From Zootoca vivipara (Eukaryota), in contig NC_083276.1 in the NCBI RefSeq assembly GCF_963506605.1, forward strand, positions 81,220,001 to 81,284,000: a stretch of 64,000 nucleotides of DNA, in the 5' to 3' direction. Position numbers and translations under genes: made by a program. Positions within the stretch are counted from its first letter, which is position 1; each line of letters opens with the position of its first letter. Positions 12,946 to 25,082 of this stretch are shown piece after piece. The notes under the pieces were generated by a model that saw nothing but the letters and a program-made list of their open reading frames with translations, was not told the DNA's origin and did not search any database.

Positions 12946-13887
12946 TCAAACCTTTTGGGGGGAAAACACTCTTCTTCGAAAGGCTCTCCTCAGTGCCTCT
13001 TTCAGATCCTTGTTTCTCATGCTATAGATCAGAGGGTTCAGTAGGGGAGTGACAAAGGTGTAGACCACAGACACCACTCGACCCTCCTGTGGTGAGTAGC
13101 TGGAGTTGGGCCGTAAGTATATGAAACTGCAACAGCCGTACTGTAGGAGGACAACCATCAAGTGGGAGGAGCAAGTGGAGAAGGCTTTTTGCTGGCCTTC
13201 AGCAGAACGGATTTGCAAAATGGCCACCGCAATGAAGCTATATGAGATACAGATTAGAAGGAAGGGTATGGTGATGACTACAACACTAACTATGAAGATA
13301 ACCGCTTGTTGGATGTGGATGTCACTACAACCCAACTGCAGAATGACTGGGATGTCACAGAAGAAGTGATTGATTTCATTTTGGCCACAGAATGGCAAGC
13401 GGAAAATAAGGGTGGTCAGTTGTAGAGACAACACAAAACCCAGCAGCCAGGATACCACGACAAGGGAAGTACATACTGTTTTGTTCATGATGAGCATGTA
13501 GCGCAGCGGATGGCAAATTGCCACGTATCTATCGTATGCCATGATGGCCAGTAGGACACAATCAGCTCCTCCTAGGAAGACAAAGAAGAACATTTGGGTT
13601 CCACAGCCACTTAAGGAAATGGTGGCACTTTTCCTGGACAGAAGGTTGGCCAAAGCCAATGGAGCAATGGCAGAAGAGTAGCAGATCTCCAGAGCTGCCA
13701 GGTTGCCCAAGAAGAAATACATGGGGTTATGGAGAGAGTGGTCGACATGGACAATAAGCACGACAGCAGCGTTCCCACAGAGGCTGAGGACGTAGAAGAG
13801 CAGAAAGAGAAGGAAAATGACCAGCTGTGTCTCAAGCAAGGTGGAGAAGGGACGGAAATAGAATTCAGTTTGGTTTTCATATCCCAT
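12946..13887 (-). CDS. Olfactory receptor B, OR10V1-like, 313 aa, intact
   Basis: All OR motifs present. GCGTQMFFFVFLGGADCVLL and VVLLQYGC match human OR10V1 as I recall it. Acceptor ttttcctttcAG at 13906-13907. Confidence 0.96.
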   Translation of the reverse strand: MGYENQTEFYFRPFSTLLETQLVIFLLFLLFYVLSLCGNAAVVLIVHVDHSLHNPMYFFLGNLAALEICYSSAIAPLALANLLSRKSATISLSGCGTQMFFFVFLGGADCVLLAIMAYDRYVAICHPLRYMLIMNKTVCTSLVVVSWLLGFVLSLQLTTLIFRLPFCGQNEINHFFCDIPVILQLGCSDIHIQQAVIFIVSVVVITIPFLLICISYSFIAVAILQIRSAEGQQKAFSTCSSHLMVVLLQYGCCSFIYLRPNSSYSPQEGRVVSVVYTFVTPLLNPLIYSMRNKDLKEALRRAFRRRVFSPQKV

Positions 13888-14495
13888 GAAGATGGTAAAG
13901 AGGACCTGAAAGGAAAATAAAGATCTGGGTCAATGAGTTACCTTAGCTCAGCAGTCAGGATACCCTCATCCTGCAACCTGGCTTCCTAAAATAACGTGTC
14001 TGCACCAACTCTTTTCAGTTCTTAGTACATAAAAGGTTATACAGTACTGTATAGAACATTCAGATGGGGAGCATTCCTTCAGCAATCTATTTTATTTTTC
14101 CTCAGAGGACTGCACTTCCCGTACTGGTACAATTCATACATTGAAATTCATACATGTTGCCTTCAGTGCTGTGGATGAAACATAGCAGGAAGCAAACACA
14201 GAAGAAGCACAACACTCCAGATAGTCAATTGCTTCTCTTTTTGAGACATTATTCAAATATAAGTATGCTTGGTTAATGTTTTGCACATTATTGTCCAAAA
14301 GAGTCATTTGCTCTCCTCAATTAAATGTCAAAATAGTATTTTACTTTAGTCTGCATATCATGGCCGATTTCGAAATACACATTCAACTTGAACCGAAACA
14401 AAATATATGTTTAATAATGATTGGGAGACAGTGACATGAACTACTTACACTTGTATGGTTCTTGGCATCAGCCCTTCATTAGTATTATTATTTTT

Positions 14496-15233
14496 GTGAG
14501 GAGGAATTAAAGAACCTTTTAATGAGGGTGAAAGAGGAGAGCGCAAAATATGGTCTGAAACGCAACAACAACAAAACCAAGATCTTGGCCACTGGTCCCA
14601 TCACCTCCTGGCAAAATAGAGGCAGTGAGAGATTTTACTTTCTTGGGTTCCATGATCACTGCAGATGGTGACAGCAGTCACGAAATTAAAAGACGCCTGC
14701 TTCTTGGGAGAAAAGCAATGACAAACCTAGACAGCATCTTAAAAAGCAGAGACATCACCTTGCCGACAAAGGTCCGTATAGTTAAAGCTACGGTTTTCCC
14801 AGTAGTGATGTATGGAAGTGAGAGCTGGACCATAAAGAAGGCTGATCGCCGAAGAATTGATGCTTTTGAATTATGGTGCTGGAGGAGACTCTTGAGAGTC
14901 CCATGGACTGCAAGAAGATCAAACCTATCCATTCTGAAGGAAATCAGCCCTGAGCGCTCACTGGAAGGACAGATCGTGAAGCTGAGGCTCCAATACTTTG
15001 GCCACCTCATGAGAAGAGAAGACTCCCTGGAAAAGACCCTGATGTTGGGAAAGATGGAGGGCACAAGGAGAAGGGGACAACAGAGGATGAGGTGGTTGGA
15101 CAGTGTTCTTGAAGCTACCAACATGAGTCTGACCAAACTGCGGGAGGCAGTGGAAGACAAGAATGCCTGGCGAGCTCCGGTCCATGGGGTCACGAAGAGT
15201 CGGACATGACTAAACGACTAAACAACAACAACA
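14496..15233 (+). mobile_element. BovB 3' fragment in OR B intron
   Basis: ORF 14625-15209 (DFTFLGS...VVMYGSESWT...WCWRRLLRVPWT); AAC tail. Confidence 0.95.
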
Positions 15234-16561
15234 AAGTTAGAAGGGGAACCGCAATTGACTTTACATGGTATCTGGAGTGTTGTGCTTCTTCTGTGTGTGC
15301 TTCCTGCTATGTTTCACCCACAGCACTGAAGGCAACACTCCATGTGACAAACTGGACTCTTTTTAATTGTTGGCACTTGTGAAATTTACACTTTCCATTG
15401 GAAGCTCTGCTCCATCAGTTGATGTGGGTGTTACTACTCCAAGCTAAATTTATGGGGTTGATTTTAACCCTGTATCTTTTTATTCTTTTCTGAGGAGTAC
15501 AGAACGATTGTTTATCCCACTATAACTGTACAGACAAACACATAAAGGTAACCATTCAAATTCATAGCATTCATGCTAGGATGAAAAATTTAGGCAAAAT
15601 GCCCAGTTAATGGAGAAAGGCAGATAGGCATTTTACATGTAGCCCAATTGACCAAGTTCAATGGGAAATGCACACTGGGTCGGAACCTTGGCTCAAGTAA
15701 TTTTGAGGCACATTAGATGTGACAGCAAAGCTCCAATGTACTCTAAAAACATACCTCCAGACTATTCTGTTAAACGCATATAGTACTCATCTAAGCTGGA
15801 ATGGGGTTTTTCCAGCTCTGATAATGTGGCAGTTTCAATGGAGTATGCATCGGATGGTAGGGGAAATAGATCACATTTAAAAAATAATAATAATAAAGTA
15901 GCGAAACCTATTTAGAAAAGCACTGGATGTGAAATCCATATGCATTCATTTGTCATATTTAGGATATTTTGAGGATCTTATTCGATCAAAACACTGAAAG
16001 TCAATGGGCAGGAACTGATGGATGAAAGCATCTGCTACATTGAATGTGTTTAGGGTTAAATCATGGTTCAGAGGAAAAGAAATTTAAGAAATAGATTGCA
16101 GCTATCTGAAGAATGAACAAGTATCTGCTTCTCCATTTATTCAGAACAATCTCAACAGTATTTTGGCTATGATCTTGAAAAATCTGGAGCTTCTTCTCCC
16201 CTTTCTTTTTCACTGCACAGAATCTGGTTTTGTACACACCATACATTTTGTACACACAACCACATTCCCCATGTCCCAGAAAAAAGAATCCTAGGAACTG
16301 TACATTTTACTCACCACAAGGGTACAATACCCACCACCCTTAAACTGCAGTTCCTAGGATGGTGGGGAACATGCTATAAATGCCATTTACGTGTATGATG
16401 TCTACACAACCTATGCATTTTGATTCTAGAGTCTGGAATCTCATACACTAAGGATGGGGGGAAAGGAAAATGCATGCTGAATAGAAAACTTGTTGAATAG
16501 AGAATGAAAGGCTTATGAAGTAGGCAAGTGGATAGAATCCACATCCACAGAAATGACTTAC

Positions 16562-17080
16562 TTGGATACTCCTGGTGCTGGACTGCCAAGGGAAATCTAC
16601 AGGCATTTGCTGTTGCTCTGTAACCAGAAAGGGAAAAGCGAGTGGTGTTGATAGACCACAAATAGTGGCAAAGTTCACAACTGCTCCTTTCACAATGAAT
16701 AGTGGCAACGTTCACAACCAAGGAATGAAGGGCTAAGAGAGCATCCCTTTGGCACATCCATTTTGTTTCCTGGTTGTGAAGACCCTCCTTTAGAAAGCAT
16801 GCAAAGACCCTTAAGGGAGCAAGAGTGAGGAGAGAAAATTTTCTTTCCTGGAGTGCAGGCATTAGGCTTTATATGAGAGAGTGAACTCTCTTGTGGCTGC
16901 TCTTACACAGGAATGGAAGGAAGTGTGAAGTACTTGATGATAAAAAAAGTAAGACTCTAACTATTGGTATACTTTCATGACTTCTCTGAGTGGAGAGAAG
17001 TTCTGGGAGATGCAGTGTTCACCTGGGTTTAGATGCCTTTGGAAATAATTCACAGGAGAATTATGGTGCTTTGTGACATT
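16562..17080 (-). promoter_or_regulatory. Putative promoter and non-coding first exon of OR B
   Basis: Minus-strand TATAAA at 16868-16873 and GTAAGT donor at 16556-16561; both are conserved in the OR C copy. Confidence 0.55.
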
Positions 17081-17145
17081 TCAGTTAGTTTATTTAACAT
17101 ACGGTACATACATACATAATCTTAGACTAGAGGCAGATTATTGTT

Positions 17146-17147
<2 letters not shown>

Positions 17148-17178
<31 letters not shown>
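17148..17178. repeat. (CA)n microsatellite; interrupted in the paralog at ~11426-11446
   Basis: Seen directly. Confidence 0.9.
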
Positions 17179-17180
<2 letters not shown>

Positions 17181-18413
17181 CAGAAATAATTAAATACAGA
17201 ATAAGCAAATAAAATAAGTAAGTACCAAAAAATTACATATATGATACATTTTACAATAAAGCAAGAATGTTGTAAGGATTAATATTATGCTGGAATATAT
17301 TGCTCCAGCATGAAAAAGAGACTCCCCTTCTACAAATCTATGTGATAGTTTGTTATTTGTTACTCTGAAACTTTTCAATTTAATCATTGCTTATATCCCA
17401 GATTTTCACAAACCAGTGAAATACTAAAAGAGCTGTGGTCCTGTCCCCATCCCCCACCTTCTAGCAATGTATATTTCTGCTGCAGAAAAGTTTAGTGCCA
17501 CTTCTAAATATTCCTCCAGTTTTTTTTTTCAAATATCCTAGAAAGAGGCATTTGAGATCTTGTGATATTGAATTTCCAATCAATTATTAATTTACATAAT
17601 TGCATACCCCCATAAACTGAATTATTGGACAGTCTGCTTGGAGGCTGTTACATCTCTAGCATTTTGGGTGCTTCTAAATAAATTTGATTTAATGTGTGTG
17701 GAACCCCACACAGACAGTATTAGTATAGCTATGTAAGAAAATGTATAAATCTCTCTCGCGCCATTTTGCATAAGGTGTAGAGTTCATTAAATGATATGGC
17801 CATCTTGGCTGTCTCTTAGTGCAAACACAGTCTCAGCTTCCACACCCACCGCCTGTCATGAACCACCACAGACAGGATTGACAGAAACTGCAGCAAATAC
17901 AATCTATGCTTATGATAATATTCTGTTCTCTGGTTAATTGTACTGGTTTAAGAGGTTTATATTTGACTTCATTTGGCAACATTTTATTTTGAAATGCTTA
18001 AAGTATTTTTTGTTAACTTTGCTGGATTAGATATTCATTCTGTAGTTGAACTCCTTCATAATGTTTTACTTTGAAATCTTTAAGATAATGTCTTAGTTTC
18101 CTGTTCATTATGTTGCTTTGAATGTATATTTTATATGTGGCTTTCGTTGGTAATCTTTTATACTGGATTGTTCTGTCTGATATTTTAATGTGTTGTAAAG
18201 CGCTATAAGATTATTTTCTTAAAAATATAAAGCAATATAGAAATGAAAGGAATAATGATGATGATTATGACAGTAGAATTGCATTGAGTTCTTCTCTCTT
18301 GTTACAATCTCACATGACACCCTCTACCTATAGATATTACCATGGGGCGAGACGCTGCTATCAGCCTGTTCCTGTCATCCCCATGGTCTAACTTTAATGA
18401 AGACTGCTGGCTG

Positions 18414-19355
18414 TCAAACCTTCTGGGGGGGAAACACTCTTCTTCGAAAGGCTCTCCTCAGCGCCTCTTTCAGATCCTTGTTTCTCATGCTATAGATCAG
18501 AGGGTTTAGTAGGGGAGTGACAAAGGTGTAGACCACAGACACCACTTGACCCTCCTGTGGTGAGTAGCTGGAGTTGGGCCGCAAGTATATGAAACTGCAA
18601 CAGCCGTACTGCAGGAGGACAACCATCAAGTGGGAGGAGCAAGTGGAGAAGGCTTTTTGCTGGCCTTCAGCAGAACGGATTTGCAAAATGGCCACTGCAA
18701 TGAAGCTATATGAGATACAGATTAGAAGGAAGGGTATGGTGAGGACTACAACACTAACTATGAAGAGAACAGCTTGGTGGATGTGGGTGTCACTACAACC
18801 CAACTGCAGAATGACTGGGATGTCACAGAAGAAGTGATTGATTTCATTTTGGCCACAGAATGGCAAGCGGAAAATAAGGATGGTCAGTTGTAGAGACAAC
18901 AGAAAGCCCAGCAGCCAGGATGCTGCTACGAGGGAAGTACATACTGTTTTGTTCATGATGAGCATGTAGCGCAGAGGATGGCAAATTGCCACGTATCTAT
19001 CGTATGCCATGATGGCCAGTAGGACACAATCAGCTCCTCCCAGGAAGACAAAGAAGAACATTTGGGTTCCACAGCCACTTAAGGAAATGGTGGCACTTTT
19101 CCTGGACAGAAGGTTGGCCAAAGCCAATGGAGCAATGGCAGAAGAGTAGCAGATCTCTAGAGCTGCCAGGTTGCCCAAGAAGAAATACATGGGGTTATGG
19201 AGAGAGTGGTCGACATGGACAATAAGCACGACAGCAGCGTTCCCACAGAGGCTGAGGACGTAGAAGAGCAGAAAGAGAATGAAAATGACCAGCTGTGTCT
19301 CAAGCAAGGTTGAGAAGGGACGGAAATAGAATTCAGTTTGGTTTTCATATCCCAT
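18414..19355 (-). CDS. Olfactory receptor C, OR10V1-like, 313 aa, intact; recent paralog of B
   Basis: 11 amino-acid differences from B over 313; flanks and acceptor are near-identical to B. Confidence 0.96.
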   Translation of the reverse strand: MGYENQTEFYFRPFSTLLETQLVIFILFLLFYVLSLCGNAAVVLIVHVDHSLHNPMYFFLGNLAALEICYSSAIAPLALANLLSRKSATISLSGCGTQMFFFVFLGGADCVLLAIMAYDRYVAICHPLRYMLIMNKTVCTSLVAASWLLGFLLSLQLTILIFRLPFCGQNEINHFFCDIPVILQLGCSDTHIHQAVLFIVSVVVLTIPFLLICISYSFIAVAILQIRSAEGQQKAFSTCSSHLMVVLLQYGCCSFIYLRPNSSYSPQEGQVVSVVYTFVTPLLNPLIYSMRNKDLKEALRRAFRRRVFPPQKV

Positions 19356-19997
19356 GAAGATGGTAAAGAGGACCTGAAAGGAAAATAAAGATCTAGGTCA
19401 ATGAGTTACCTTAGCTCAGCAGTCAGGATACCCTCATCCTGCAACCTGGCTTCCTAAAATAACGTGTCTGCACCAACTCTTTTCAGTTCTTAGTACATAA
19501 AAGGTTATACAGTATAGAACATTCAGATGGGGAACATTCATTCAGCAATCTATTTTATTCTTCCTCAGAGTACTGGTACAATTCATACATTAAAATTGCT
19601 TCTCTTTTTGGAGACATTATTCTAATTTAAGTATGCTTGTTTAATGTTTGCCACATTATTGTCCAATTCATACATGTTGCCTTCATACATGTTGCCTTCA
19701 GTGCTGTGGATGAAACATAGCAGGAAGCAAACACAGAAGAAGCACAACACTCCAGATAGTCAATTGCTTCTCTTTTTGAGACATTATTCAAATATAAGTA
19801 TGCTTGGTTAATGTTTTACACATTATTGTCCAAAAGAGTCATTTGCTCTCCTCAATTAAATGTCAAAATAGTATTTTACTTTAGTCTGCATATCATGGCC
19901 GATTTCGAAATACACATTCAACTTGAACCGAAACAAAATATATTTTTAATAATGACTGGGAGACAGTGACATGAGCTACTTACACTTGTATGGTACT

Positions 19998-21870
19998 TAA
20001 AAAAAATTTTTTTAAAAAAAATTCGTTTTTAAAAATAAACAAAACACAAACAACAAATGTACATAAAAACAAACAAAACACACACACAAATAAATTTTTC
20101 TTATACCTTTCTAACTTATTATTTTACATCATATGGGGACGTCCCTCAGTCCCTCCTTCTGAGCTTCATTTTCCTCCATTCTTTTTAGCAGGTTCATCTA
20201 CAGATACATATCTCTAACATAAATTTAACTTAATTTCTATGACCAAATAAAATCCTAATACATACTGAAAACCTAAATATACTTCCCTAAGGTAACTTAT
20301 ATATTGCAAAAAAAAAAATTCAAATAAATTCTAAAATTCTTCCAATCTTCTTCAATCTTCTCCTCCTCTTGGCCGCGGAGTCTCCCAGTCATCTTGGCGA
20401 GTTCCATATATTCCATCATCTTCATCTGCCAGTTGTTGATAGATAGTATCTCTTGTGTCTTCCATAATTTTGCTAATAACAGGTAGCTGCTGTTGTGGCA
20501 TACAGAAAGAATGTTCGATCTTTAATATTAATTTCTTCTCCAACAATTCCAAGCAAAAAGGCCTCTGTTTTTTTTTTATGAAAAGTGTATTTCAATACTT
20601 TTTTCAATTCATTATAAATATTTTCCCGGAAGTCTTTTAGCTTGGGGCAAGTCCAACACATGTGGTAAAAGGTACCTTCTTTCTCCTTACATTTCCAGCA
20701 TTTATTATCAGATGCATAATGCATTTTTGCTAATTTGATGGGTGTTAAATACCACCTATACATAATTTTCATCAAATTTTCTTTCAATACATTACATGCA
20801 GTAAATTTCATACCTTTTCCCCACATTTTCTCCCAATCATTCAACATAATATTATGCCCCACATCTCTTGCCCAATCAATCATTACTGATTTCACTTGTT
20901 CATCTTTTGTAAGCCATTCCAACAATAAATTATACATCTTTTATATTCAACAATTCCGTTTCCAATCTCGCTTTTTCCATTGTAAAACCAGGATTTTTGC
21001 TATCTATCTTGAACATTTCATTTATCTGGTGATACTGTAACCAATCATTTAAATTATCTTTGAGCTGTTCATATGACTTTAATTTATATTTATTATATAT
21101 TTCAGCCAATAAATCACTGTATTTTAACCACTTAGTTTCCATATTTGATTTTTTATGGGCTTTGGCTTCCAATGGTGATAACCACCAGGGTGTTTTCCTT
21201 TCTAATAAATCTTTTGTTGTTGTTGTTGTTTAGTCGTTTAGTCGTGTCCGACTCTTCGTGACCCCATGGACCATAGCACGCCAGGCACTCCTGTCTTGCA
21301 CTGCCTCCCGTAGTTTGGTCAAACTCATGTTCGTAGCTTCGAGAACACTGTCCAACCATCTTGTCCTCTGTCGTCCCCTTCTCCTTGTGCCCTCCATCTT
21401 TCCCAACATCAGGGTCTATTCCAAGGTTTCTTCTCTTCTCATGAGGTGGCCAAAGTATTGGAGCCTCAGCTTCACGATCTGTCCTTCCAGGGAGCACTCA
21501 GGGCTGATTTCCTTAAGAATGGATAGGTTTGATCTTCTAGCAGTCCATGGGACTCTCAAGAGTCTCCTCCAGCACCATAATTCAAAAGCATCAATTCTTC
21601 GGTGATCAGCCTTCTTTATGGTCCAGCTCTCACTTCCATACATCACTACTGGGAAAACCATAGCTTTAACTATACGGACCTTTTTATTCCATACATTGAA
21701 CAATGATTTTCTAATTATATGATTTTTAAATCCTCTGTGAGCCTTTATCTTGTCATTCCATGAATATGCATGCCAACCAAATACATTGTCAAAACCTTCT
21801 AAATCCAATAGATCTGTGTCTTCCAATATGAATCATTCTTTAAGCCAGCAAAATGTCACAGCTTCATAAT
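19998..21870 (-). mobile_element. 5'-truncated L1-clade LINE (ORF2 C-terminus, frameshifted)
   Basis: MYRWYLTP...CWKCKEKEGTFYHMCWTC zinc knuckle; absent from unit 1. Confidence 0.88.
21215..21682 (-). mobile_element. BovB nested in the L1-like element
   Basis: Splits the L1 frame between NVWNK and DLLERKTPWW. Confidence 0.93.
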
Positions 21871-22561
21871 ATTTTTTTTTCTGTGTGTGCTTCCTGCTAT
21901 GTTTCATCCACAGCACTGAAGGCAACATGCCATGTGCCAAACTGGACTCTTTAATTGTTGGCTCCATCAGTAGATGTGGGTGTTACTACTCCAAGCTCAA
22001 TTTATGGAGTTGATTTTAACCCTGTATCTTTTTATCCTTTGCTGAGGAGCACAGAACGATTGTTTATCCCACTATAACAGTACAAACAAACATACAAAGG
22101 TAACCATTCCGATTCATAGCATTCATGCTAGAATGAAAAATTTAGGCAAAATGCCCAGTTAATGGAGAAAGGCAGATAGGCATTTTACATGTAGCCCAAT
22201 TGACCAAGTTCAATGGGAAATGCACACTGGGTCGGAACCTTGGCTCAAATAATTTTGAGGCACATTAGATGTGACAGCAAAGCTCCAATGTACTCTAAGA
22301 AAATATCCCCAGACTATTCTGTTAATGGCATCTAGTGCTCATCTAAGCTGGAACGGGATTTTTTTCAGCTCTGATAATGTGGCAGTTCCAATGGAGTATG
22401 CATCGGATGGTAGGGGAAATAGATCACATTTTAAAAAATAAAATAAAGTAGCCAAACCTATTCAGAAAAGCACTGGATGTGAAATCCACATGGATTCATT
22501 TGTCATGTTTAGGATATTTTGAGGATCTTATTCAATGAAAACACTGAAAGTCAATGGACAG

Positions 22562-24215
22562 ATAAGATAAGATAAGATATCTTTATTGTCTTTTTTTTTA
22601 AATACATTTTATTCCAATTTTCCGAATTCAACAAATTAACAAAACCAATCTTTTATACAAAATCTTATATTCACATCTTTTACCTTGCTCCGCCGAGCTA
22701 TGACTTCCCCCCCTCCCTTCATGCGGGTTTCTTGTTAATTCCTTTTTTTGCAGTTCCTTTTTTAACATATTGGTCAATTCGTAAGGTTTATTTTAATCCT
22801 GCGAGAGTTTTTAATGATCTACAGTTTTTCTCCATATAGTCCACATATTTACTCCAGTCCTTTTGAAACCTTGTCTCCCCCTGGTCACGAATCTTGCATG
22901 TCAATCTAGCAAGTTCAGCATAGTCCATCATTTTTATCTGCCACTCCACAATTGTAGGTAATTCCTGTAATTTCCATTTTTGGGCTAACAAAGTCCTAGC
23001 CGCGGTTGTTGCATACATAAACAGTGTTTGATCTTCTTTTCTAATCTCTCCTCCTATTATTCCTAACAAAAATGCTTCTGGTTTTTTTGGAAAGGTATAT
23101 CTAAACATCTTTTTCAATTCATTATATAAACTTTCCCAAAATCTTTTAACTTTTTCGCATGTCCACCACATATGATAAAATTCACCATCTTTCTCTTTAC
23201 ATTTCCAGCAACTTTTATCACTCATTCTATACATTTTAGCTAACTTAACTGGAGTTAAATACCATCTGTACATCATCTTATATACATTTTCTTTCAAGGC
23301 AGTACATGCTGTAAATCTTAAAGTTTGATTCCATAGTTTCAACCACGCATCATATTCAATATTATGCCCCAAATCTTTTGCCCATTTAATCATCACTTCT
23401 TTTGTCAACTCATCTTTTGTATACCACTCCAACAACAGATCATACATCTTTGCCAAAAGCTTTGTTTTGCCTTCTAGCACTTCTATTTGAAATTTGGATC
23501 TTTTATCCTCAAAACCTATTTTTCTATCTTCTTTAAGCACATCATTTATTTGATGGTATTCTATCCATCCTGTTAACACTCCTTTAATGTCCTCAAAAGG
23601 TTTTAAACTCCATCCTTTTTCAGTTTTCGTCAAGATTTCCTCATACGTGGCCCGCCTCTTTTCCATATTTACTTTCTTAACTGTTAATACCTCTGCTGGT
23701 GAAACCCACCAGGGTGTTTTAGTCTCTAACAGCCTTTTATTTCTTTCCCACACCTCGTACAGAGATCTTCTTATCACATGATTCGTAAACCCGAAGATAT
23801 CTTTATTGTCATTGTCCCCTTGCGGGAACAATGAAATTACTCGGTTGCTACATCCACTCAGATAAAGCATTCTGCATAATCCAAAATTACAAAACCTAAT
23901 TAAAAACAGTAAATATAATACAAAATAACAAGTAAAATAAGATGACTTTCCAGGCTTTCCATTTAAGGCCAAAATCGCTCTAGAGAAGAAACTGTTCCTG
24001 AGACGGCTTGTTCTTGCCTGCATTGTTCTGTATCTCCGTCCCGATGGCAGGAGCTCAAAGAAATGGTGACCAGGGTGCGTTGGATCTCTTGATATGTCTA
24101 GTGCTTTTCTATGGCACCTGGTGGTGTAGATTTGTTCTAAGGTGGAGAGTGAGCAGCCAATAATGCTCTCTGCTGTTTTAATAATTCTACACAGCCCTGC
24201 TCTATCCTGAGAAGT
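22562..24215 (-). mobile_element. Rex1/Babar-like LINE 3' fragment (23794-24215, tail 22562-22590)
   Basis: HPGHHFFELLPSGRRYR...RLRNSFF C-terminal signature; (TATCT)n tail; empty site at ~16010. Confidence 0.8.
22591..23793 (-). mobile_element. Young 5'-truncated L1-clade LINE nested in the Rex1 tail
   Basis: Open ORF2 C-terminus with CWKC...HMWWTC; poly(A); 17-bp TSD aagatatctttattgtc at 22574 and 23794. Confidence 0.92.
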
Positions 24216-24259
24216 ACAGGAACTGATGGCTGAAAGCACCTGCTCCATTTAATGTGTTT

Positions 24260-24262
<3 letters not shown>

Positions 24263-24293
<31 letters not shown>

Positions 24294-24626
24294 CTTTATT
24301 TGCATCAGCCACCAGCCACAGCAAACATAAAAACAAACAAAATATGGTATACAGAGGATAAAGATAAAAGGTCAATTATATAAACTATATTTTGGGGGTT
24401 TAGATCAATATTCAAATAACGGATCTTATTCTAATTGCCCCAGCTAAAAACCTGGCAACCTTTGCTGTCATCTGCTCATCTTGATCTGCCAAGAGAAACT
24501 AGACTGTAACAGTGGTTGGACGACCCAGAACGGGCAATAATAGAGGGGTGATAACCTCACTCCTCAAATCTTTATAAAGTGTGCAAGCAAGAAGGACATG
24601 GGCCACCGATTCAGTACTGCCATCTC
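24263..24626 (-). mobile_element. LINE 3' end with (ATCA)n tail, probably RTE-X-like
   Basis: ESVAHVLLACTLYKDLR knuckle remnant; 12-bp TSD aatgtgtttatg; empty site at ~16043. Confidence 0.75.
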
Positions 24627-25082
24627 AATGTGTTTATGGTTAAATCATGGTTCACAAGGAAAAGAAATTTAGAAAACAAATTGCAGTTATCTGAAGAATG
24701 AACAAGTATCTGCTTTGCCATTTATTCAGAACAATCCTTTTCTCCCTTTTCTTTTTCACTGCACAGAATCTAGATTTGTACACACCATACATTTTGTACA
24801 CACAACCACATTCCCCATGTCCCAGAAAAAAGAATCCTAGGAACTGTACATTTTACCCACAACAGGGGTACAATACCCAGCACCCTTAAACTGCAGTTCC
24901 TAGGATGGTGGGGAACATGCTATAAATGCCCTTTACGTGTATGATGTCTACGCAACCTATGCTTTTTATTTTAGAGTCTGGAATCTCATGCACTAAGGAT
25001 GGAAAAAAACATGTTGAATAGGGAAGGAAAGGCTTATGAAGTAGGCAAGTGAACAGAATCCACATCCAGAGGAATGACTTAC

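Noticed and set aside
14625-15209. Recurrent RT-like ORFs and their MTPWT... antisense ORFs as host genes
   Set aside because: All are BovB fragments.
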